Positions 56,244-64,000 of a stretch of 64,000 bases of DNA are shown piece by piece. Within the stretch, counting starts at the first letter, position 1, and each line of letters opens with the position of its first letter. Below the pieces are notes generated by a model. That model had not been told where the DNA came from, ran no database searches, and was given only the letters and a program-made list of their open reading frames with translations. Made by a program: the position numbers and the translations under genes. The DNA is from an uncultured Acidobacteriota bacterium (lineage in GTDB: Bacteria > Acidobacteriota > Thermoanaerobaculia > Gp7-AA8). The stretch is taken from the NCBI GenBank assembly GCA_963741955.1, contig CAVUKB010000010.1:1-64000 (forward strand). The letters run 5' to 3'.

Positions 56244-56277
56244 GGGGCACGGCGTTTTCGCCGTGCCCCTTCTCTTT
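56244..56277 (+). terminator. Rho-independent terminator
   Basis: GGGGCACGGCG-TTTT-CGCCGTGCCCC followed by TTCTCTTT, 22 bp after the stop codon. Confidence 0.8.
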
Positions 56278-56365
56278 CCGACCGTTGCAGACAACTGGCG
56301 CGGCGTGATTGTTGCTTGAGCAGAGTTCGTTTCGCGCATCCGCGCGAAGGGGGAGATTCATCTTC

Positions 56366-58558
56366 ATGGCAACCGCGAGGAGACCGCAGACAGAGAGGAG
56401 GGGATCGCAGACGGAGAGGCGGAGCCGTTCACGCCTCCCGGCGAGACTTCGGGTATGGCCGGGCAGACCGTTTCCCCTCGGTGCAACGTACGACGGTGAA
56501 GGAACGAACTTTTCGATCTTTTCCGAAGTTGCGGAGCGCGTGGAGCTCTCGCTTTTCGACGAGGAGGGGGAGGAACGTCGCGTCGAACTGAAAGAGATGC
56601 TCGGCTTCTGCTGGTACGGCTATCTTCCGGACGTCGGTCCCGGACAGCGATACGGCTACCGGATTCACGGACCATGGGCGCCGGAGGAAGGAAATCGCTG
56701 CAATGCGAACAAGCTTCTGCTCGATCCCTACGCGAAAGCGATCGACGGCAAGATCGAGTGGAACGAAGCGGTGTTCGGGTATCACTTCGAAGACCCCGAA
56801 GGTTCGAAGAACGATCTCGACAGTGCCCCCTTCGTGCCGCGATCGATTGTGATCAATCCTTACTTCGACTGGGGCAACGACCATCACCCCCGCCGGCCAT
56901 GGCACGAGACGGTGATTTACGAGACTCACGTCAGGGGAATCACCATGGAGCACCCCGACGTCCCTCCGGAGCAGCGTGGAACGTATGCGGGAATGGCGCA
57001 TCCGGCGGTGATCCGGTATCTGCGGCGACTCGGAATCACGGCGGTCGAGCTGATGCCGATTCACCAGTTCGTCCAGGATGCCCATCTGCTCGAAAAGGGA
57101 CTGCGGAACTACTGGGGGTACAACTCGATCGGGTACTTCGCACCGCACAGCGAATACGCAGCAGCACTCCGGCTCGGACAGGAGGTTCACGAGTTCAAGC
57201 GGATGGTCCGCCGCCTTCACGAGAACGGAATCGAGGTGATTCTCGACGTCGTGTACAACCACACCGCCGAGGGGAATCACCTGGGCCCCACGATCTCGTT
57301 CCGCGGCATCGACAACGCGGCGTACTATCGGCTCGTCGCCGACGATCCCCGTTATTACATGGACTACACCGGGACCGGCAACAGCCTGAACATGCGGCAT
57401 CCGCACGTGTTGCAGTTGATCATGGATTCTCTCCGGTACTGGGTTCTCGAGATGCACGTCGACGGGTTCCGGTTCGATCTCGCGGCGACGCTCGCCCGCG
57501 AGCTCCACGACGTCGACCGCCTCTCGGCCTTCTTCGACATCATTCAGCAGGATCCGGTGATCAGCCAGGTCAAACTGATTGCCGAGCCGTGGGACGTCGG
57601 CGAAGGCGGTTACCAGGTGGGCAACTTTCCTCCTCTCTGGTCGGAGTGGAACGGGAAGTACCGGGACACCGTGCGCGACTACTGGCGCGGCATGGACCAG
57701 ACGCTCGGTGAGTTCGCCTCCCGTTTCACCGGCAGCTCGGATCTGTACGAGACCACCGGCCGGCGTCCTTACGCCAGCATCAACTTCGTCACTGCACACG
57801 ACGGATTCACTCTCGAAGACCTCGTCTCGTACAACGAGAAGCACAACGAGGCGAACGGCGAAGAGAATCGCGATGGCGAGAGCTACAACCGCTCGTGGAA
57901 TATGGGAGTGGAGGGGCCGTCGGACGATCCTGAAATCCGCTATCAGCGTGCCAGACAGAGACGCAACCTGATGTCCACGCTCCTGCTTTCTCAGGGAATC
58001 CCGATGATTCTCGGAGGAGACGAGATCGGAAGAACGCAACACGGAAACAACAACGCTTATGCGCAGGACAACGAGATCTCCTGGTACCACTGGGATCATG
58101 GCGATCGCGACTTTCTCTCGTTCGTTCGCGGAATGCTGGAGTTCAGGCGCGAACACCCGGTGTTCCGCCGCCGACAGTGGTTTCTCGGTCGCGGAATCCG
58201 AGGCGAGGAGGTCGGTGACATCGCCTGGTTCAAACCGGACGGCGAGCAGCTGGCGGAAGAGGACTGGAATGCGCATTTCGCGAAATCGCTGGGAGTCTTC
58301 CTCAACGGAAGAACCATTCCCACCCTCGACGTCCACGGCGAGCGGGTGATCGACGACAGTTACTATCTTCTGTTCAACGCCCATCACGAGCCGATCCGGT
58401 TTCGCATTCCGCCGCACATCGGTGGAGGGTGGAGGCGAATTCTGGATACGACCGTGCCGACCGGTTTCGTCACCGACCAGCAGCGCTACGGCGAGGACGA
58501 TTCGGTGGAGGTCGCCGGGAGGACGCTGGTCATGCTGGAGCGACTGGAACGAGGATGA
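56366..58558 (+). CDS. glgX: Glycogen debranching enzyme (isoamylase)
   Basis: [56 protein letters not shown]. Confidence 0.96.
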   Translation: MATARRPQTERRGSQTERRSRSRLPARLRVWPGRPFPLGATYDGEGTNFSIFSEVAERVELSLFDEEGEERRVELKEMLGFCWYGYLPDVGPGQRYGYRIHGPWAPEEGNRCNANKLLLDPYAKAIDGKIEWNEAVFGYHFEDPEGSKNDLDSAPFVPRSIVINPYFDWGNDHHPRRPWHETVIYETHVRGITMEHPDVPPEQRGTYAGMAHPAVIRYLRRLGITAVELMPIHQFVQDAHLLEKGLRNYWGYNSIGYFAPHSEYAAALRLGQEVHEFKRMVRRLHENGIEVILDVVYNHTAEGNHLGPTISFRGIDNAAYYRLVADDPRYYMDYTGTGNSLNMRHPHVLQLIMDSLRYWVLEMHVDGFRFDLAATLARELHDVDRLSAFFDIIQQDPVISQVKLIAEPWDVGEGGYQVGNFPPLWSEWNGKYRDTVRDYWRGMDQTLGEFASRFTGSSDLYETTGRRPYASINFVTAHDGFTLEDLVSYNEKHNEANGEENRDGESYNRSWNMGVEGPSDDPEIRYQRARQRRNLMSTLLLSQGIPMILGGDEIGRTQHGNNNAYAQDNEISWYHWDHGDRDFLSFVRGMLEFRREHPVFRRRQWFLGRGIRGEEVGDIAWFKPDGEQLAEEDWNAHFAKSLGVFLNGRTIPTLDVHGERVIDDSYYLLFNAHHEPIRFRIPPHIGGGWRRILDTTVPTGFVTDQQRYGEDDSVEVAGRTLVMLERLERG

Positions 58559-58669
58559 CTTCAGCGCAGCCACGAATGCCTGAACCGGAAGAAGCGATGG
58601 GGGAGGATCCCGAGGCTGCTCTGCGGCAGTAGAAGCGGCGTCGACGATCCGGGTTAAGATTCGCTTCGA

Positions 58670-61093
58670 ATGAACCACTTCATCTGCATTCACGGACATT
58701 TCTACCAGCCGCCGCGCGAGAACCCGTGGCTCGAAGCGGTCGAACAGCAGGATTCTGCGTATCCCTACCACGACTGGAACGAGCGAATCACCGCCGAGTG
58801 CTACGCTCCGAATGCAGCTTCCCGGATCCTCGACGAAGAGGGGCGAATCGAGAAAATCGCCAACAACTACTCCCGGATCAGCTTCAACTTCGGCCCGACG
58901 CTTCTCGCCTGGATGGAAGCGAATGCGCCGGAGACCTACCATGCGGTGCTCGAAGCCGACAAGCAGAGCCAGAACCGCTTCGGCGGGCACGGATCGGCGA
59001 TCGCGCAGTGCTACAACCACGTGATCATGCCGCTGGCGAACACGCGCGACAAAGTCACTCAGGTGCTCTGGGGGGTTCGCGACTTCGAGCATCGTTTCCA
59101 GCGTGCCCCGGAGGGAATGTGGCTTCCCGAGACGGCGGTCGACCTCGAGACGCTCGACATACTCGCGCAGAACGGAATTCTATTCACCATCCTGGAGCCC
59201 GGTCAGGCGAAGCGAATGCGCAAGATCGGGTCATCGCAGTGGGTAGACGTGACCGGCGGCCGGGTCGACCCTACCCGACCGTACCGGGTGCAGCTCGCAT
59301 CCGGGAGGAGCCTCGCGGTCTTCTTCTACGACGGACCCATTTCGCGATCCGTCGCTTTCGATGGTCTTCTCGTCAACGGCGCCACATTCGCGAACCGTCT
59401 CGCGGGGGCGTTTTCCGAGGAGCGGAGCTGGGATCAGATCGTCAACGTGGCGACGGACGGCGAGACGTACGGTCACCATCACAAGTTCGGAGACATGGCG
59501 CTCGCATACGCCACTGCCCACATCGACGAGAATGGCCTGGGACACCTCGTGAACTACGGTGAATTCCTGGCCACCCATCCTCCGACCCACGAGGTTGAGA
59601 TCGCAGAGGAGACGTCCTGGAGCTGCGTCCACGGAATCGAGCGATGGCGCTCCGATTGCGGATGCCGCACCGGGGGACTTCCGGGATGGAACCAGGCCTG
59701 GCGCGGACCACTCCGCGAAGCGCTCGACTGGCTGCGCGACACACTCGAGCCGTGGTTCGAGCGCGAGGCCGGCAAGTTGCTGCGGAATCCGTGGGAGGCC
59801 CGGAATGACTACGTAGGTGTGATTCTCGAACGGGAGAACGGCAGGCTCGGCGACTTCCTGAGCTCACATCAGCTCCGGGAGCTCTCGGAAGAGGAGACGG
59901 TGCGGACGCTGGAGCTCATGGAGATTCAGCGGAACCTGATGCTGATGTACACCAGCTGCGGATGGTTCTTCAATGAGATCTCCGGAATCGAGACCATGCA
60001 GATCCTCCAGTACGCCGGACGGGCAGTCCAGCTCGCGGAGAAGCTGTCCGCTGACGCGGTCGAGCCGGAGTTCCTGGATCGACTCTCCCGTGCGCACAGC
60101 AACGTCCGCGAGCTCGGATCGGGCCGGGAGATCTACCGGAAGTCGATTCAGCCCGCGAAAGTCGATCTGCAGCGGGTGGGAGCCCACTACGCCGTTGCTT
60201 CTCTCTTCCACGCATACGAGCAGACGGAGCGCATCTACGCATACGAGGTGGAGCGGGAGGATTACGAGGTCGTGGAGGTCGGACGGGCGCGCGTGACGGT
60301 GGGACGAATTCGAGTCACGTCGAGGATCACCCGAGACAGCGCTCTTCTCAGTTTCGGTGTGCTGTACCTCGGCGACGTCCATCTGACCGGCGGGATCAAG
60401 ACGTGGCAGGCGGAAGAGCACGAGCGACTGAAGAATGAGTTGACCGACGCGTTCAACGTCACCGATTTCACCGCCGTGATGCGCCTTCTCGACCAGCATT
60501 TCGGAGGTCTGACCTTTTCCATCAAGTCACTTTTCCGGGACGATCAGCGGACGATTCTCGCCGAGATCTGCAACACCACGCTGCTGGAAGCGGAAGCCGC
60601 GATGCGCCGCCTCCACGATCGATACCTCCCACTGATGAAGTACCACCTCGACCTCGGTGTCCCTCTTCCGAAGGTGCTGAGCGCGGTCGCGGAATTCGAC
60701 CTGAACCTTCTCCTTCGTCGCGCGTTCGAGCGCGACGATCTCCCCGTCGAGACCATCCACGCCCTCCTCAAGCGTGTGAAGACCGAGAAGGCGACGGTCG
60801 ACGAGACGTCACTCGCATATGTGTTCCAGCAGACGCTCGAACGAATCGCAGACGAGTTTCTGAGGAAGCCGAATGACCTCGACGTCCTGCAACGTCTGAA
60901 CGAGGGCGTGGAACTGACGGAGATGCTGCCGTTCGGGGTTGACCTTCGTAAGCCACAGAACGTCTACTACAAGCTTCGAGGCGTGCTGCTCCCCGAATAC
61001 GTGCTTCGCGATTCCGAAGGGGATGAGGAAGCGAAAGAGTGGCTGACTCGATTCCGTGACCTGGGCGAGCGACTCTGGATGTCTGCCGGCTGA
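58670..61093 (+). CDS. GH57 glycoside hydrolase with DUF3536
   Basis: IHGHFYQPPRENPW, MWLPETAV, ATDGETYGHH, SWSCVHGIERW, MYTSCGWFF. Confidence 0.93.
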   Translation: MNHFICIHGHFYQPPRENPWLEAVEQQDSAYPYHDWNERITAECYAPNAASRILDEEGRIEKIANNYSRISFNFGPTLLAWMEANAPETYHAVLEADKQSQNRFGGHGSAIAQCYNHVIMPLANTRDKVTQVLWGVRDFEHRFQRAPEGMWLPETAVDLETLDILAQNGILFTILEPGQAKRMRKIGSSQWVDVTGGRVDPTRPYRVQLASGRSLAVFFYDGPISRSVAFDGLLVNGATFANRLAGAFSEERSWDQIVNVATDGETYGHHHKFGDMALAYATAHIDENGLGHLVNYGEFLATHPPTHEVEIAEETSWSCVHGIERWRSDCGCRTGGLPGWNQAWRGPLREALDWLRDTLEPWFEREAGKLLRNPWEARNDYVGVILERENGRLGDFLSSHQLRELSEEETVRTLELMEIQRNLMLMYTSCGWFFNEISGIETMQILQYAGRAVQLAEKLSADAVEPEFLDRLSRAHSNVRELGSGREIYRKSIQPAKVDLQRVGAHYAVASLFHAYEQTERIYAYEVEREDYEVVEVGRARVTVGRIRVTSRITRDSALLSFGVLYLGDVHLTGGIKTWQAEEHERLKNELTDAFNVTDFTAVMRLLDQHFGGLTFSIKSLFRDDQRTILAEICNTTLLEAEAAMRRLHDRYLPLMKYHLDLGVPLPKVLSAVAEFDLNLLLRRAFERDDLPVETIHALLKRVKTEKATVDETSLAYVFQQTLERIADEFLRKPNDLDVLQRLNEGVELTEMLPFGVDLRKPQNVYYKLRGVLLPEYVLRDSEGDEEAKEWLTRFRDLGERLWMSAG

Positions 61094-61139
61094 AGAGTCG
61101 GGAGATCTGGCACGACGCTCGAAACGAGAGGATGAACAG

Positions 61140-62633
61140 ATGCGGGATCGTTCAGCCGGAATTCTTCTTCATCCGAGCTCGCTCCCCGGTCCGTACGGGA
61201 TCGGCGACCTGGGGCCGGAGGTGGACCGCTTTCTCGACTGGTGCGCCGAAGCGGGACAGCGGCTCTGGCAGATCCTGCCGCTGGGTCCGACCGGGGCGGG
61301 GAACTCGCCGTACGGGACACTCTCCGCCTTCGCCGGGAATCCTCTCCTGATCTCGCCGGAACAGCTCATCGCCGATCACCTGCTTCCAGGGGACGCGCTC
61401 TCCGACGCTCCGCCATTTCCCGGAGATCACGTCGATTTCGGCGCCGTGAGTCGATGGAAACAACAGCTGCTCCGCGACGCCTGGAGCCACTTCCGCAACG
61501 AGACCACGCACCCGCTCCGCTCCGGACTGGAGGCGTTCGTCCGGGATCCCCGCAATACCCGCTGGCTCGACGACTGGACACTCTTCGCCGCGATCAAGGG
61601 AGAGATGGAGGGCCGGCAGTGGCGCGACTGGCCGCCGCCGCTGGCGATGAGAACGGATCTCGACTCCGCTCGAAAAGATCTGTGGGAATCGATCGATTTT
61701 CACCGCTTCGTCCAGTTCGTCTTCTACCGGCAGTGGGAGCGCGTGCGACAGGAAGCCCACCGGCGAGGAATCCGGATCATGGGGGATGTTCCGATCTACG
61801 TGGCGCTCGACAGCGCCGACGTCTGGGCGAATTCCGACCGTTTCCTGCTCGACGAGAACGGCAACCCGATCGCGGTCGCAGGAGTCCCTCCCGATTACTT
61901 CAGTCCGACCGGTCAGCGATGGGGGAACCCGCTCTACCGATGGGATCGGATGCGCCAGCTCGACTACGAGTGGTGGGTCGCTCGTTTCGGCGCGAACTTC
62001 CGGATGACCGATCTGGTCCGGCTGGATCATTTTCGGGGTTTCGCGGCGTATTGGGAGATTCCCGCGGGGAATGAGACGGCTCAGGGCGGCAAATGGGTGG
62101 AGGGGCCGGGTCTGCAGTTTTTCGAGCAGATCCGATCCGAGCTCGGCGATCTTCCTTTCGTGGCAGAGGATCTCGGCGAGATCACGCCCGACGTCGAGCT
62201 TCTTCGCGATTCGGCAGGACTCCCCGGGATGAAGGTGCTGCAGTTCGCGTTCGGCGAGGACGACAGTCCACACCATCCGCACAACTACGTCCGCAACATG
62301 GTGGTGTATACCGGCACTCACGACAACGATACGACCCGAGGGTGGTGGGGTCATCTCGACGCACGCTCGAAACATCGGCTGCAGGAGTATCTCGGTCATT
62401 GCTCGGACAGCGTCGAACGTCAACTCATTCGTGCCGCCTATACCTCGGTCGCGGATCTCGTGGTCACTCCGCTGCAGGACGTCTTCGGCCTCGGAAGTGA
62501 GGGGAGGATGAATGTTCCCGGTCATCCCGACGACAACTGGACCTGGCGCGCCCGTCACGAGCAGTTCCGTCCCGAAGACGCGCACCGCCTGAGAGATCTG
62601 GCCCGCCTGACCGGACGCACTCCGGAGAAGTGA
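61140..62633 (+). CDS. malQ: 4-alpha-glucanotransferase (GH77)
   Basis: GILLHPSSLP, WQILPLGP, GDVPIYV, GVPPDYFS, RLDHFRGF, AEDLG, YTGTHDNDT. Confidence 0.97.
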   Translation: MRDRSAGILLHPSSLPGPYGIGDLGPEVDRFLDWCAEAGQRLWQILPLGPTGAGNSPYGTLSAFAGNPLLISPEQLIADHLLPGDALSDAPPFPGDHVDFGAVSRWKQQLLRDAWSHFRNETTHPLRSGLEAFVRDPRNTRWLDDWTLFAAIKGEMEGRQWRDWPPPLAMRTDLDSARKDLWESIDFHRFVQFVFYRQWERVRQEAHRRGIRIMGDVPIYVALDSADVWANSDRFLLDENGNPIAVAGVPPDYFSPTGQRWGNPLYRWDRMRQLDYEWWVARFGANFRMTDLVRLDHFRGFAAYWEIPAGNETAQGGKWVEGPGLQFFEQIRSELGDLPFVAEDLGEITPDVELLRDSAGLPGMKVLQFAFGEDDSPHHPHNYVRNMVVYTGTHDNDTTRGWWGHLDARSKHRLQEYLGHCSDSVERQLIRAAYTSVADLVVTPLQDVFGLGSEGRMNVPGHPDDNWTWRARHEQFRPEDAHRLRDLARLTGRTPEK

Positions 62634-62638
62634 ATCGA

Positions 62639-64000
62639 TCAGCGGGAGTGCTGCACCGGCTCGGCGCGCAGAATCGCAACCGGAAAGGAGCGAAAGACGT
62701 CCGCCACTTTGAGGGAAGGGCTCGCCTCGATCGTCTCGTCGGTATAGACATTCCTCCACATTCCGGATGCGCCGGAAGGTAACTCGATCGTCTCCTCGCT
62801 CCAGACGTCCTCGCCGAGAGGGAAGGTTCCAGCTCGGACGAGAGCCGACACGAGGCGGGGTACGGCCACCACGACAGACGATCCATCACCTCGTCGCATG
62901 AATGTGCAGACGTGACCCTTAGCGCCCTCCGAAGTCGGTAGTGGCTCGTAGGAACCATCGAGAAAGAGGGGAGCGAGTTCCTTCCGAATCTCGAGCCCGC
63001 GCTGGGTGACGTACATCTTGATCGCGCCGTTCTTCCAGTTTCGCAGGAGCCTGCCAGCCAGTGCGGAACGGTCCTTCGACCCGCGCCGTATCGAACCGAG
63101 GATGCGCTTTCGTGCGGCGTAATCGACCGGACGCCGATTGTCCGGGTCGACCAGACTGAAATCCCACAGCTCCGTACCCTGATAGAAGTCGGGCGAGCCG
63201 GGTGAACCGATCTTGAGTGCCACCTGAGAAAGGCTGTTGAGGAACCCGAAGAACGCGACCTTTCGATGCAGGCTCGCGAGATCGCGACGGAAACGACTCC
63301 CTTCACGAAGGAGGCGATCGACGAATTCCTTCATCGCCATTTCGTAAGGGGTATTCGGTTGCAGCCAGCTGGAGTGAACTTTCGCTTCCCGTGCCGCCTT
63401 CTGGACGAACTGGTGAAGCCTCTCCTGCAAAGTCGGAATCTCCCTCCCGTCCAGCGGCCACACCCCCAGGATTGTCTGGTAGATCATCAATTCGTCGTTC
63501 CCGTCCGGAGCTGCGTGGCCCTCGACGATCTCTTTGGCATCCGCATTGATCCGTGCCCAGCGACGCGCGATCCGCGGCCACTCCTCGAGCTCGGAGAGAA
63601 CGTCGATTCGCGTGCGTACGTCTTCGCTCCGTTTCGTATCGTGAGTGTTCGTCGTGTTCAGAGTGTGTGGCCACTGTCGCGCGCGGTCCGAATTCTCACG
63701 GTGGAACGCCTCCACGGGATCCGCCGGAACATCTTCCGGATCGCCACCCACTTCGTTCATCGAGATCAGCCGGTTGTAGACGTAGAAGGACGTGTCCTCC
63801 ACCCCCTTCGCGACGACTCGACCGGTGTATTGCTGCCATCGCATTACGAAGTCGAGCCAGGAAGGGGCCTGATCGGACGCGTAGTGGGGAGGATCGACGA
63901 GAAGCACGCGCTGCACGAACCGGTAGACCTGGTCGTCGATCCGCGGCGCGCGGTGGCGTGCTTCGTGGACCGCCCTCTCGATCCATTGGCGATCGGATCG
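62639..64000 (-). CDS. treY: Malto-oligosyltrehalose synthase, 5' part outside the window
   Basis: QQYTG..AKGVEDTSFY, NEVGG, THDTKRSEDVR, PDFYQGTE, SLVDPDNRRPVDY; frame stays open to position 64000. Confidence 0.95.
   Translation of the reverse strand, partial: RSDRQWIERAVHEARHRAPRIDDQVYRFVQRVLLVDPPHYASDQAPSWLDFVMRWQQYTGRVVAKGVEDTSFYVYNRLISMNEVGGDPEDVPADPVEAFHRENSDRARQWPHTLNTTNTHDTKRSEDVRTRIDVLSELEEWPRIARRWARINADAKEIVEGHAAPDGNDELMIYQTILGVWPLDGREIPTLQERLHQFVQKAAREAKVHSSWLQPNTPYEMAMKEFVDRLLREGSRFRRDLASLHRKVAFFGFLNSLSQVALKIGSPGSPDFYQGTELWDFSLVDPDNRRPVDYAARKRILGSIRRGSKDRSALAGRLLRNWKNGAIKMYVTQRGLEIRKELAPLFLDGSYEPLPTSEGAKGHVCTFMRRGDGSSVVVAVPRLVSALVRAGTFPLGEDVWSEETIELPSGASGMWRNVYTDETIEASPSLKVADVFRSFPVAILRAEPVQHSR

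Noticed and set aside
56384-56425. 21-bp duplication at the glgX 5' end ([13 protein letters not shown])
   Set aside because: Short in-frame duplication in a probably disordered N terminus; no sign of function.

Overview
GC-rich (about 65%, by eye) bacterial chromosomal window; gene content suggests Acidobacteriota/Thermoanaerobaculia (inference). In order: a truncated REP-associated tyrosine transposase remnant; housekeeping genes; ric divergent from a Crp/Fnr regulator; a 1.34-kb mosaic array of REP-like hairpins with compensatory substitutions; M14 peptidase, acyl-CoA ligase, ggt and a GGDEF-EAL protein; a 21-heme CbcL-like cytochrome c/cytochrome b fusion; a complete ccmABCDEFGHI operon; an exported TPR-CHAT (caspase-like) protease / ECF sigma / membrane anti-sigma triad; a Cys-bearing Crp/Fnr regulator; rnz; and a glycogen/trehalose cluster (treZ, debranching enzyme, glgX, GH57, malQ, partial treY). 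That cluster is split by three genes: a phosphodiesterase-TPR lipoprotein, a DUF2723/TMEM260-like glycosyltransferase and a 1526-aa Ser/Thr-rich surface protein. Intergenic DNA carries three MITE families that stack at YTAR-like tetranucleotides, 7-bp tandem repeats, CRP-type boxes ahead of ric, the multiheme gene and ccm, and several leaderless-type promoters. The best candidate for an undescribed system is the CHAT-sigma-anti-sigma module. No rRNA, tRNA or CRISPR array was found. All calls come from reading motifs by eye; no database searches were run.
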